The notes under the pieces: generated by a model
What the model was told of the DNA's origin: nothing
The model's input: only the letters and a program-made list of their open reading frames with translations
The model's database searches: none
NCBI GenBank assembly: GCA_036339465.1
Contig: JAYZAY010000033.1
Span: forward strand, 32,001 to 96,000
Direction: 5' to 3'
DNA: 64,000 bases
Source of the DNA: Myxococcota bacterium
GTDB lineage: Bacteria; Myxococcota; XYA12-FULL-58-9; JABJBS01
Made by a program: the position numbers and the translations under genes
Shown: positions 39,708 through 50,277 of the stretch, piece after piece
How positions within the stretch are numbered: the first letter of the stretch is position 1
Layout of the letters: every line of letters starts with the position of its first letter

Positions 39708-42700
39708 ATGACGCAGTTAGAACTCTGGCAAAAAACAGAAAAGAAAGAGCTGCTGCGCAAGCTATTGATGCACCGATCACAATCGGAATTGAAACCCGTG
39801 TCCTCCGTACAATCAGACTTATTAAAGAGGCAATTCCGTTTTCCCAATGAGATCAACTCCAATATTTACGGCACTGTCTCCGCAGACTACAAGTTGGAGC
39901 CTGCCAAAATAGAGCAAATCCTCAATGAGCTAGCCAATACTCATGAGTTTTTTCGGACGAGGTTCTCTTGGAACCATGGCTATCCCGTCTATACCCTGGA
40001 CACAACCACGAATATCAACGACCTTCTATCCGTACATGAGGTCCATGACCCCAAGGAGGCACAGGAGAAAATAGACCACTTTCTACAAACCCCCATGGAA
40101 GTATTTTCCGGGCCTCCCATCCGATTCCTGATTTCCAATATTTTTCCGAACCACTCATTTTTCACCGTGGTCACCCATCATTGCCTCCTAGATGGCGATG
40201 CCCTATTTCGCTTGCTCCAAATAATCGGTTATCACTATCAAAACTCTACTCCACAAAAGCCCAAAAAAGACACCGACCAAACCTATGCTAACTTTGTCGC
40301 TCAAGAAACACTAGACATCCTACGGGGCGCTCCCAAAGCCCTCTCAAGGCTCCAAACCTGGCTGACCGACCTCAGCCCCAGCCAATTTACGCCAAACTAC
40401 TCCCTTGGCCTCAGAAAAGACTGTCGACCTGAACCCATTTTGAGACGAATCCAGAAATCTGAATTCACCCTGGTACACACTCTCAACTCAGAGAGTTACC
40501 GGCGATTCTCGACCTTTTTGTGGCTATGGGCAAAGCACCTCAAAATCTGGTATCACCTCGAAAACCTAGCCATCGCCATTCCCCACACCCGAAGATTCAC
40601 CGGCAGCCACCACCACATTCTCGGTTCAATGGCCGACTACTTTCCCCTCTTCATCACAAATAACCACTGCCCCAACGAAGAGATACGAAACATAGATTGC
40701 CAACTTATCAACATCATCGATGGGCACCAAGATTCCTCCTTCTCATTTCTCCAGCGACTCGTCGAGCGCGAGCATGGGTCCATACACCGTCACTTGTCGC
40801 AAACCGTATTCGACTACCAAGACTTCTCTCGAATTGAAGAACTTCAAAAAGACTTCAAGTTCATTGAGGGAGGCAGGCTAGGCCTACCGCCGGGAACCGA
40901 ATTAAGCCTCTCAATACGAGAATTTAATTCAGAACTCTTCGTTCGACTTGATTACAACAAAAATCTATTTTGCCCGTGGGATATGGAAAAACTTGTCGAC
41001 CACTTTATTCAGAAGCTAAGCGGGACTAGAGAAAACACCACTTTCGGCGAAAACCTACCACCGATAGCCAAAAACATCCCTGATTCGTTGCCCAATTTAT
41101 CAACGCGAATCGCCACAAACCTCCCCCATCTCAGCCCCTCAATAATCACGGACCAAAACCAGGTATGGACGTCGGAAAAACTGCAAGAAGAAATCCTGCG
41201 CTGGAAACGAACCTTCCACAATCTCAAACTTTGTGCCGGCGATATTGTTTCCGTCTCCCTAGACAGATCTTGTGAATACATTTCCATTGTCATTGCAATA
41301 TGGGACTTAGGTGGAATCTATCTCCCCATTGACTCCAACGCACCATTGAACCGAATCACGCAAATGCTTAAGGAAAGCGGAACGCGGTTCTTTGTCGCAG
41401 CTCAAGAGTCGCTTGACCCAGAAAAGCTAAAAATCCTCGTTCCTTCCTTGATATACCTAGACCCTAAAAAATCGCCACCCATTGCCACCCTCGAAAAAAT
41501 CCAGTCCTACCCTCTAGGCTCTCAAGCCCCTGCCTACATCCTTTACACCTCCGGAAGTACTGGCCGTCCAAAAGGGGCCATGGTTCACCACGGGGGCCTC
41601 GATAACCACACCCAGGCCTTCACCCAATATTTCCATATAACTTCCCAAGATATCATCGCCCAAACCGCAAGTGTACTTTTCGACATTTCTGTCTGGCAAT
41701 TGACTCAATTCGCATGGACTGGTGCCCAAACGGTCATTTTAGCGGATGAAGTGGTCTCTGACCCACTCCAGCTTTTACCTGCACTGCACCGACACGCAGT
41801 TACCATTGCTGAACTCACGCCCACACAATTGAAACTCGCCTTATCCTGCGCTGAAAATCCCCCCCCCCTAAAGCAGCTACGACACATGATTCTCATCGGT
41901 GAGAGCCTTACCCCAGACCTCTGTGCGCAATGGTACAACCGCTACCCCTATATCCCATTAACAAACGCGTACGGACCTGCTGAGTGCTCCCACGCAGTCA
42001 CCCTCCATACCGTCGCCAACAAACTGACCCAGGACAAATTCATCCCCATCGGTCAACCCATGTTGAATTGCGAGATTTCTCTCATTGACGATAAACACAA
42101 TCAAGTACCACCTGGTGCCATCGGAGAAATTCAAATAAAGGGCCCCTCTGTTGGCCTCGGTTACTTGAATAACCAGGATGAAACCAAGCGAGCATTTGAG
42201 TTTAAGGATCACAAAAGCCCAACCAATCGTTCCTATTTAACCGGTGACCTGGGTCGACTCCGTCGTGATGGCAAACTCGAGTTCATCAGAAGAAAAGACC
42301 ACCAATTCAAAATTCAAGGACATCGAATAGAGCCAGAAGAAATCGAGGTGTTGTGTAGAAGCTTCGAACACGTCACCAACGCCGGCTTAGGCGTTAGTAA
42401 CATCAATGGTCACCGTGAATTGGTCATCTTTCTCACCTTGAGCTCTGAAAAGAAAGAAATTCAAAACGAACTTACGCATTTTATCAATAGGGACTTACCA
42501 ATCCACCTAAGACCCAAGGCCATCAACTTCGTAATGGAACTTCCCAAATTAGCCTCTGGAAAACTAAACCGGCGTGCACTCAATGTAAAGGCCGAAGAAA
42601 TTCTCAAATCCATCGTCCCGCAAGATTTCGAACTCTACTTCGAAAATGAAACAGAAGAAATCATTCTTCGACAATGGTGCCAGCAACTGCGCATTAAAAA

Positions 42701-42977
42701 AGCCTCCAACCAAGACAATTTCTTCGAATTGGGAGGCGATTCCATTTTAGCCTCAAAAATAATAGAAAACCTCAATCACCTTCTCGAAAAGGAACTTCCA
42801 ATTGCAATCATCTTTCAAGCGCAATCAGCCCAAGCCCTAGCCACAGCGTATCAGCAAAAAGAGTCAGGCCAGTATAAGCTCAATAACAAGAGCGAATCCC
42901 GAGCCCAAAAACAACGAACCGCGTTCAATAATTTCGCCGCCAGAAATGCTTCAAACAAGTCGAAAAAACAGCCATGA
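39708..42977 (+). CDS. Single-module NRPS (C-A-T)
   Basis: HHCLLDG, YTSGSTGRPKG, NAYGPAE, YLTGDLGR, KIQGHRIE, LPKLASGK and FFELGGDS. Confidence 0.95.
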   Translation: MTQLELWQKTEKKELLRKLLMHRSQSELKPVSSVQSDLLKRQFRFPNEINSNIYGTVSADYKLEPAKIEQILNELANTHEFFRTRFSWNHGYPVYTLDTTTNINDLLSVHEVHDPKEAQEKIDHFLQTPMEVFSGPPIRFLISNIFPNHSFFTVVTHHCLLDGDALFRLLQIIGYHYQNSTPQKPKKDTDQTYANFVAQETLDILRGAPKALSRLQTWLTDLSPSQFTPNYSLGLRKDCRPEPILRRIQKSEFTLVHTLNSESYRRFSTFLWLWAKHLKIWYHLENLAIAIPHTRRFTGSHHHILGSMADYFPLFITNNHCPNEEIRNIDCQLINIIDGHQDSSFSFLQRLVEREHGSIHRHLSQTVFDYQDFSRIEELQKDFKFIEGGRLGLPPGTELSLSIREFNSELFVRLDYNKNLFCPWDMEKLVDHFIQKLSGTRENTTFGENLPPIAKNIPDSLPNLSTRIATNLPHLSPSIITDQNQVWTSEKLQEEILRWKRTFHNLKLCAGDIVSVSLDRSCEYISIVIAIWDLGGIYLPIDSNAPLNRITQMLKESGTRFFVAAQESLDPEKLKILVPSLIYLDPKKSPPIATLEKIQSYPLGSQAPAYILYTSGSTGRPKGAMVHHGGLDNHTQAFTQYFHITSQDIIAQTASVLFDISVWQLTQFAWTGAQTVILADEVVSDPLQLLPALHRHAVTIAELTPTQLKLALSCAENPPPLKQLRHMILIGESLTPDLCAQWYNRYPYIPLTNAYGPAECSHAVTLHTVANKLTQDKFIPIGQPMLNCEISLIDDKHNQVPPGAIGEIQIKGPSVGLGYLNNQDETKRAFEFKDHKSPTNRSYLTGDLGRLRRDGKLEFIRRKDHQFKIQGHRIEPEEIEVLCRSFEHVTNAGLGVSNINGHRELVIFLTLSSEKKEIQNELTHFINRDLPIHLRPKAINFVMELPKLASGKLNRRALNVKAEEILKSIVPQDFELYFENETEEIILRQWCQQLRIKKASNQDNFFELGGDSILASKIIENLNHLLEKELPIAIIFQAQSAQALATAYQQKESGQYKLNNKSESRAQKQRTAFNNFAARNASNKSKKQP

Positions 42978-45508
42978 CATCCTCCCCCAAAGTCGCCATC
43001 GTGGGTATTCGTTCCCGCCTTCCCAAAGCCTACCGGGTCAGTGATTTTTGGGATAATCTCAAGAACTCCCGAAATGGAATTTCTCGTTTCACACTCAAAG
43101 ACCATCAAGCTCCCAGCCAACTGGTAGGTGCTAAAGGGATACTGAAAAACTCACTTCATTTTAACCATGTCTTATTCGGCTATTCCAAAGAAGAAGCATC
43201 GTTCCTCGACCCCCAAGAGCGGATCTTGTTGCAACAGTGTCACCAGCTCCTAGCCGAACAGAACAGTATCGAAAACCATGACGACTTCATCACAGGGGTC
43301 TACACGAGTTCTGCAACGAGTCCCTGGCTAGAGCTTCTTCCCTACCTCGCCTCTTCGCTATCGGCATCAGAAAACCAACATCTTTTCCACCTTAACAATC
43401 AAAACTTGGTAGGCGCGAGAATCGCACAGAAACTCAACGTCAACGGACCATCAGCCTCCATAGGATCGGGTTGTTCCAGCGGACTCACCACATTGAGTTA
43501 TGCGGTCAAAGAACTATTAACGTACCAATGCGATTATGCTCTTTGCGGTTCAGCGAAAATTCAATTACCAGAAAAGTCCCCCTATCCTTCTGGGTTTGGG
43601 GATATCTGGTCGCCCACAGGGACCAATCATATCCTTGATGAGCACACTACCGGCACCATCCCCGGAGATGGAGCCATCACCCTCGCCCTCATGAGACTCG
43701 AAGACGCGGAAAAACACGATATCCCTATATACGGATCCATCACTTCATTTGCATCCGGAAATATCACCACAACCAACAAACAGAAATGGTTACCCGATCA
43801 AGACCTTCTCACAAAATTATTGACGCAATTATTCTATCTCACACCCGATGATTGTCCCACCCTGGATTATTGCGAAGTCTCGGCCAATGGTATTTTGGCC
43901 TCTGATCAAATCGAAATAATGGCTTGGAATAATGCCTTTGGCGCCACCTTCCCAAAACAGCCATACCCATACATCGGTACCGCCAAAGGATCTGTCGGCA
44001 ATATTGGCGGGGTCTCTGGGTTGGTGGGACTTGCAAAAATCCTGGGCAGCTTTCAAGAAGGCATGCTATTCAACGAAATATCGGTAAACACACCACACCC
44101 TCTCCTCCAGCTAAACGACCTAAGGGCACGCATACAGTGCAAAGGCGCTTTGTCAACAACTCTAAAGAATCGTTGCGCAGCCCTTCTATCCTATAACCAA
44201 TTCGGAGGCGCCACTGCCTTGATGGTTGAATGGTCAAGTGAGTGGAAACGCCCAGCACCGCAAACATCGCCCCCCCACCCAAGTGCAGACGACGTACACT
44301 GTGCTCCAAGCTATTTCACAGAACACCTCGCGAGTATCGAGAACTCATCCCATAAAGCAACGCTCCGTAACACACACATTGTCCGAAAAGACGACGGGCA
44401 ATTCGAAGAGTACCAAACTCGTTACTCCGACATCAAAGACAATGGCACTGGGCTAAAACCTCTATTTCGGGATATCATCTCCGATTTACTCGGCGCCCCA
44501 GAGGAGCCTCACTCCTTCGAACAAAACCTCTTTAAAGTAGGCTTGAGCTCTTTTCTCATGGTCCGGTTCATTGCCATCATCGAAAAAATAACGGGAACCA
44601 AATTACCCCTAGAGGCAGTTGCGAACTGCCATACCATCGAAAAAATCCATCAACTCTTTCACGAAAATCGTGTTCTGGGTTCTCGCGTAAGTCTATCCCC
44701 ACCAACACAAGTTATTGCAGAGCCTCTCTGTCAAGAAGCAGAATTGGCCACTCTTGTTCAATGGCTGGAACAAAACATCGATTCTACTCTCGAATACGTG
44801 GATTCTCTCATAGACCGCTCCAGTCGAAAGCTTCGATCGTGGAAAGTGATTCTAGACACTTGGCAAAATGACTATCACATCCTAGTGCTGCGCGCGCAAA
44901 ACAACGACAAAAGAAGTGAGGAAATCATCGGAATCGAGGTCCTCACCAAAAAAATAGCCTTGCCGGTTGTCGGCCAGAACCAAATTACCACCATCCCCCA
45001 TTTGTGGGAGTCTCAGATATGGTTGCCGAAAAGACACCGCAACCACTACGACTTGGGAAACATGGACTATAGTCGGTGCACCGAAAACAGCGGCTACAGC
45101 GCGGTGGCACAGGCCGGCATTTTCCTCGCACTCAGCACTGAAAATAAAACCGGGGCTTATTTCTGGGACTGGGTCTGTCAGCAAGTCGCAATAACACCCT
45201 ATGAGTTGAATCAACTCAAAGAAATTCAAACCCCAATACTTTCTCACCTCCCAGCCAATGGCCTTAAGCAGATCGCAAAAAATTTCGACGATTTTTTCTA
45301 TGAAAATATTTCGGGGTATCAATTAAAAAACATTTGGCACAATAACATTCAAGAAGACAAATTTGATATCCTGAGTAACCTCGTGGCTCCTCACCTAAAG
45401 GCTCCTCTCCGTAATATTCTAAATCTTGAGAGGATGGGAAAAACAGAGTTTCTCGGATACACACTTCGTTGGCTGGAGCCTGTTTTCTCATTGCGGTTAT
45501 CGACATGA
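42974..45508 (+). CDS. Divergent PKS protein: non-elongating KS (KS0), ACP, unknown C-terminal domain
   Basis: VAIVG, LDPQER, GPS...GCSSG. EVSANG and VGNIGG replace the two catalytic His motifs. ACP-like LFKVGLSSF. Confidence 0.85.
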   Translation: MTSSPKVAIVGIRSRLPKAYRVSDFWDNLKNSRNGISRFTLKDHQAPSQLVGAKGILKNSLHFNHVLFGYSKEEASFLDPQERILLQQCHQLLAEQNSIENHDDFITGVYTSSATSPWLELLPYLASSLSASENQHLFHLNNQNLVGARIAQKLNVNGPSASIGSGCSSGLTTLSYAVKELLTYQCDYALCGSAKIQLPEKSPYPSGFGDIWSPTGTNHILDEHTTGTIPGDGAITLALMRLEDAEKHDIPIYGSITSFASGNITTTNKQKWLPDQDLLTKLLTQLFYLTPDDCPTLDYCEVSANGILASDQIEIMAWNNAFGATFPKQPYPYIGTAKGSVGNIGGVSGLVGLAKILGSFQEGMLFNEISVNTPHPLLQLNDLRARIQCKGALSTTLKNRCAALLSYNQFGGATALMVEWSSEWKRPAPQTSPPHPSADDVHCAPSYFTEHLASIENSSHKATLRNTHIVRKDDGQFEEYQTRYSDIKDNGTGLKPLFRDIISDLLGAPEEPHSFEQNLFKVGLSSFLMVRFIAIIEKITGTKLPLEAVANCHTIEKIHQLFHENRVLGSRVSLSPPTQVIAEPLCQEAELATLVQWLEQNIDSTLEYVDSLIDRSSRKLRSWKVILDTWQNDYHILVLRAQNNDKRSEEIIGIEVLTKKIALPVVGQNQITTIPHLWESQIWLPKRHRNHYDLGNMDYSRCTENSGYSAVAQAGIFLALSTENKTGAYFWDWVCQQVAITPYELNQLKEIQTPILSHLPANGLKQIAKNFDDFFYENISGYQLKNIWHNNIQEDKFDILSNLVAPHLKAPLRNILNLERMGKTEFLGYTLRWLEPVFSLRLST

Positions 45509-47241
45509 CCCCCATATCAAATAGCAACCAAAAACTGGTCATTATTGAGGCCCACACTCGGGAAGGTCTACTCCAAGAAATAGACAAGCTCCGAATCGCG
45601 CTTTCCTTCCCTCCCGTCACTCCTATGGCCACAACCAACCATGAGGAAAAGACAACCCAGACTTTCAGACTGTGCTTTGTCGCCAACAATCTTGCAGACC
45701 TCCATGGGAAACTAGATTTTTATGCTAAAAGCCAATTTTTCCCTGCGATAACCAGTCCGAAGAAACTCGTATTTGTGTTTGGAGGACTACCAACGACCTT
45801 ACCCAAAGCGCTCTCAACAATTTTTAGTGAGTTTGACATTTTTCGACAGACCATTGAAGACTGCCAAACTGCAATTATCGAATCGGGATACAGCTTTGAC
45901 ATCCTCAGCCCACTTCAAAGCCCAAACAACAACGAGACAATATCAATACGCGACCACTCCATGCCTCTCTTATTTGCCGTTCAGCTAGGCATCAGTCTAC
46001 AACTTCAAGCCTTCGGAATATACCCGGATGCTATCATAGGCCACAGTTTAGGAGAATATGCTGGCGGTTGCGCCGCAGGAATAGGAAAACCAGAAGAAGT
46101 TATCGCAGTGGTCTGTGGTATCGCAAAACATTTACAATCCACACCTCTCAAGGGCCGTATATACAGCATTTTGGGGCCACGAGACCGATTGGACAAAGTC
46201 CTTAGTGACTTTACAGACAGCGCCTTCATTTCGTCGATTAACGGAGACAGAAGCTTTTTGGTCGCCCTAAACGACCGAGAGCAAGCACGGTTTGAGAGTT
46301 CAATCGATTCAGAAGGGCTAACATGCGAAAAGCTCTGGATTGATTACCCTTTCCATAGCCCATTGGCCAAACCACTCGGCGCCGAAATAGAATCACTTTT
46401 AAAGAGAGCAACCCTTACAACCGCCAAAACACCCTATATTTCTGGCGCCCTCGGACGAGAAGAAAACACGAGCGTCGCTCATACTGGCTACTGGAAAACA
46501 CAATTACTTGAGCCAGCTAGATTTGCCCACTGTATTCAACATGCCAATACCAGCTTCAGCGAGCCCTCATTTGTGGATAGTGGTCCGGGTTCCGAACTCT
46601 CTGCATTGATAAAACTCATGCGTTTCCATCATCGGCCTTTAGCCCTGCCCATGGTCCGAAAAAAAGTGACCGCCGAATTATTTACAGATAGCCTCAGCAA
46701 AATCTGGGAGGTTTACGACACTCCAAGTAACTTTGACAAGATAGTGACATCACATGTCATTTACCGAAAACAGGGGGCTGAAAAGAGAGAAACAAAGATT
46801 CATATTCCCGCCTTACAAAAAACAAAGTTCAGTGCACAAACTGTTAGGCAAGAATATTCAATTGAAGAAATAAACAGGTTCGTCCTCTCACAAATAGAAG
46901 CCTCAGCAGGACGTAAACTCGAACTCAACAGCCCCACCACCAGCCTAGGAATCGACTCCCTCGCAGTGCTCAACCTCATCACCTCATGTCTGGACCAATT
47001 CCGGATAGACTTAGCCGTTGAAAAGGTTTTTCGCGCCAAAACCGTCGGCGATATTGGCGAGTTGATTTTTTCCGAAACAAGAAAGATGAAGAAAGCGAAA
47101 AATGAACGCCAAAAAAATAGCATATTCATCAAGAAAGTAGAGGCAGAGATGATTCTCGATAGAATCGATTCCTTGACAGAGCCGGAGGTAGACCGCTACC
47201 TCCAATTGTTCTTATCAGAATGGGAAGACAAGCAAGCATGA
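45505..47241 (+). CDS. Stand-alone PKS linker-AT-ACP protein
   Basis: KS-AT linker-like N-terminus, VFVFGG, GHSLGE, PFHS, YW..QL.EP.RF and ACP LGIDSL. ATGA overlap with the upstream gene. Confidence 0.9.
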   Translation: MTPISNSNQKLVIIEAHTREGLLQEIDKLRIALSFPPVTPMATTNHEEKTTQTFRLCFVANNLADLHGKLDFYAKSQFFPAITSPKKLVFVFGGLPTTLPKALSTIFSEFDIFRQTIEDCQTAIIESGYSFDILSPLQSPNNNETISIRDHSMPLLFAVQLGISLQLQAFGIYPDAIIGHSLGEYAGGCAAGIGKPEEVIAVVCGIAKHLQSTPLKGRIYSILGPRDRLDKVLSDFTDSAFISSINGDRSFLVALNDREQARFESSIDSEGLTCEKLWIDYPFHSPLAKPLGAEIESLLKRATLTTAKTPYISGALGREENTSVAHTGYWKTQLLEPARFAHCIQHANTSFSEPSFVDSGPGSELSALIKLMRFHHRPLALPMVRKKVTAELFTDSLSKIWEVYDTPSNFDKIVTSHVIYRKQGAEKRETKIHIPALQKTKFSAQTVRQEYSIEEINRFVLSQIEASAGRKLELNSPTTSLGIDSLAVLNLITSCLDQFRIDLAVEKVFRAKTVGDIGELIFSETRKMKKAKNERQKNSIFIKKVEAEMILDRIDSLTEPEVDRYLQLFLSEWEDKQA

Positions 47242-48284
47242 CGGTGCCAATAAGCCAATACGAATTGCGCTGGAATTCGTCCACCCTTACCTTATCTTTT
47301 GAGGAGGACATTACCACTTTTGGCAAACCCGAAAACAAGCCAAACACGACCCAAAACACTACGTCGACCCATCTTTGGTGCAATGAAATTGAGACTTACC
47401 CTAAAAGTTCAATCACCAACCACTCCCACAGGGTCATCCTTCAAGCAAAAGGGCCTGATTTTCCTTGCCGAACCCAACTTCGGAACTCGCTCCAGCAATT
47501 ATGTTTAGAAAAAGAGTTCACTCCAGTCAGCACGCCCCATAGTTCACTCCGAACAAAGGCACTGACCGAATCAGTGGCAAGCGGGGTCACCCACATCGGT
47601 GACAAGATAGCCACAAAAATTTCCATTATTGAAGCATCACAAGCTGCAGATATTGAAAAAATCCCCACCAAGATATTGCAAGACTTTGCTACGGTTGAGC
47701 AATTCCTGGTAATAATCAGTGCGCCTCTGCTACGCGCTTTCAAACTCTGCGTTGAAACATTGGGCATACCACAAGAAATTCTTCCCATTCATATCAGACC
47801 TTGGTCACCCTCCTTACGATGCACCACAAACGCCGCCGACCGAATCATTCTGATGGATAAACATCACCTAGATGAAGACCGCCTACATGGATGGAAGCAG
47901 TGGTGCCCAAAAATTGAAACATGGGCCACGAGCTGGCGATGGGAAATCCTAGGACTAAACTTTCCCTTGGGATTAACAATGAACGACTCGTCATTTACCT
48001 GGCTTAAGAGAATGCTTGGGAATGAGTTTGACTACAACTTTTTTGAGCCCGACGGGGCCCAACCAACAACCACCTTGAATGCTTGTCACAATCTCTGGGG
48101 ACAAATCCAGATCCGGTTGAATCTCAAGTATGGCAGTGCATCGGTATTTACTGAGCGTTACCACAGAGGAGTCGAGTTCCTGATTAATGTATTTACCTTG
48201 TCTTATTTTGGTACTCCATTCTCAGTTATAAATCCAATAACAGACCCGGCCCAGCACCCTTATAGAAAAGGGATACCAACATGA
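47238..48284 (+). CDS. Hypothetical protein, likely a highly diverged BpsA-like fold with an AdoMetDC-like tail
   Basis: ATGA-coupled on both sides. By-eye similarity to the 57516-58676 protein, and tail FFEPDG...GQIQIRLNLKYGSASVFT. Confidence 0.55.
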   Translation: MTVPISQYELRWNSSTLTLSFEEDITTFGKPENKPNTTQNTTSTHLWCNEIETYPKSSITNHSHRVILQAKGPDFPCRTQLRNSLQQLCLEKEFTPVSTPHSSLRTKALTESVASGVTHIGDKIATKISIIEASQAADIEKIPTKILQDFATVEQFLVIISAPLLRAFKLCVETLGIPQEILPIHIRPWSPSLRCTTNAADRIILMDKHHLDEDRLHGWKQWCPKIETWATSWRWEILGLNFPLGLTMNDSSFTWLKRMLGNEFDYNFFEPDGAQPTTTLNACHNLWGQIQIRLNLKYGSASVFTERYHRGVEFLINVFTLSYFGTPFSVINPITDPAQHPYRKGIPT

Positions 48285-49495
48285 CCGACGAGTTGCAGAA
48301 CAATGAGCCCCAAAAAGAGACTCTCGTGGTTTCAGAGTTCTCCATAATCCAAAAAAGCGCGAGCCATAAAGATATTGCCTCACCGAAAGCAGAAAATATT
48401 GGGTCCAATATTTCCGCATGCAGAGAAACTCTTTCCGAGCTTGGTTATCGAGATGCAAGCAAAGCACTATCGGGCTCAGAAATTTTACGCACCCACCCCT
48501 CTAAAGTGCTTGAAATCGCGTATCAAGCGTACCGAGTGGCCTATGATTGCCCCGGCATGCTCATGCCTGAAATACCTCTCATCGAAGACCGAATCGGCCT
48601 AATAACCCAGCAACACAAAGGAGAAGTTGCACCAGTTTTACTCTTCGGTGACCTTGCTTTGGAAGCCATTATTCTTACCCTTCATGGTTACCCAACAACC
48701 CTCGTTGCCACAGAGCCCTATGGCCATGGCTTCGCCCAAAAATTTGCTGAACTATTTCCCCCAAAGCGCCTCCAAATCATAGAAATTGGTGACAAACAGG
48801 TAAATCAAACGATACACGATTCCAGGCCTTCGATCATTTGGTGCGAGCTTTGGGCAAACCCCTATTTATTTGGCACCGTTCTCCGCCCCATCCTCGACTT
48901 GGCCACCCCCGAAAACAAGATTTGGGTATCACGCCCCATTACTCTCACCCATCAAATCATGGCAATTTGCTCTTCCATGGGCTGGACCATCGCAGAGCAG
49001 CACAAAGACATTCGCACTGTACTCAAAGAAAATAGATATCGCGATGATTGGTTGCGCTTAGAACCCATCGACAAAGAAAGACCACGAAAACGAAACAACC
49101 CAACCGCACCCCAAAAAGAGATCTGCCTTCCAAGGAAGTTTCAAAGTGAGCCATTCCTGCTGTTAACCGCTGCCGTCTCTCCCAATAATTTGTGTAGATC
49201 ACCCAGTAAACAGCTCGAGGACTTCAAACTGAGCATCGAATCCCTAGGGTATTTTCAAAAACCAACGGAAATATATATTGATTCAACCCAGCTCTATTTC
49301 AAATTAGAGATGGCACCCGGTTGTTTGAGAGTGGGATTTTCGGCCGCAAGAAACCGAATCTCCATCACGGGATCGACGCCAGAAAATCCATTGGCCAGAC
49401 AACTCTTCATGCATCTAGTCCAGGCTCTTCACTGTGACATTCACAATGTCTTTTCCAGTCACACTCAAAACTCATTGGAATTACATATCTCTTAA
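48281..49495 (+). CDS. Degenerate BpsA/DUF43-like protein with an AdoMetDC-like tail
   Basis: YRVAYD...IEDRI...VLLFGDLA...IIWCELWANP parallels the 56167-57519 protein, but GDDD is lost. Confidence 0.6.
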   Translation: MTDELQNNEPQKETLVVSEFSIIQKSASHKDIASPKAENIGSNISACRETLSELGYRDASKALSGSEILRTHPSKVLEIAYQAYRVAYDCPGMLMPEIPLIEDRIGLITQQHKGEVAPVLLFGDLALEAIILTLHGYPTTLVATEPYGHGFAQKFAELFPPKRLQIIEIGDKQVNQTIHDSRPSIIWCELWANPYLFGTVLRPILDLATPENKIWVSRPITLTHQIMAICSSMGWTIAEQHKDIRTVLKENRYRDDWLRLEPIDKERPRKRNNPTAPQKEICLPRKFQSEPFLLLTAAVSPNNLCRSPSKQLEDFKLSIESLGYFQKPTEIYIDSTQLYFKLEMAPGCLRVGFSAARNRISITGSTPENPLARQLFMHLVQALHCDIHNVFSSHTQNSLELHIS

Positions 49496-49640
49496 GTGGC
49501 ATTAATCATTATATCTTACCTCGCATTATCGGTTGTTTCACTTTCAACTTATAAAATTAGAAAAGCCGACTTGATTGGATCTAGGGGTTTTCGATATGGA
49601 CTTAGGCAATCCTAATGGAAACGTTGTATAGCTTCGAACC

Positions 49641-50249
49641 GTGGAGATGAGCGTGGATAAGCTTCTAAAAAGAGCCGAGGAAGATAAAGAAGGAATAATC
49701 AGCCACTTCCGAGAGCTTAAGGGCGAATTTGGCACTGGGCAACTCTTGACCCTGGAAAACTACGACCAATATAAAGATGTCTTCTTTGAATCTCCCAAAA
49801 CAAAACGGCTATTTACCAATGACCCGGAGTTAAGAGTTAGAAAGCTCAAAGAGGTGATCGCAAACGGTCTTTTTGTTTGGGAATTCACACCCGATGGAGC
49901 AAGCGGCGTCGAATTTCTAGTGGGTCTGAGCGTGGCCCACCGGCCCAATGACTTTGTATTGCTGCACCCACTCATTGCCCCAGAAGAGCTGGACTTAGAC
50001 AGTGTTGAGGAGGCCATCACCATGATGACCCATGTTTATCTAACCAACAGCGATAGAAAAACACTCTTTCTCTTTATGGCCGAACAAGACGACGATGACT
50101 TATATGGCGCTTTGGTAAATGTGGGTTATGCAGAGTACGAGGCTCCCAAAGAGTGGGGGGAAAGAAATCTCGATTATTATATCATTTGGCGAGATGCCTA
50201 TGATGTGGACGCACTGGCCCCAGACCTCGTCGAGGATCTCGATATTTAG
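49641..50249 (+). CDS. Acidic hypothetical protein, possible degenerate RimJ/RimL-type GNAT fold
   Basis: IAPE...VEEAITMMTHVYL...LYGALVNVGY pattern, without the usual Gly-rich CoA loop. Confidence 0.55.
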   Translation: MEMSVDKLLKRAEEDKEGIISHFRELKGEFGTGQLLTLENYDQYKDVFFESPKTKRLFTNDPELRVRKLKEVIANGLFVWEFTPDGASGVEFLVGLSVAHRPNDFVLLHPLIAPEELDLDSVEEAITMMTHVYLTNSDRKTLFLFMAEQDDDDLYGALVNVGYAEYEAPKEWGERNLDYYIIWRDAYDVDALAPDLVEDLDI

Positions 50250-50277
50250 ACAATCAATGTCTGGCGCGGCATCCAGC

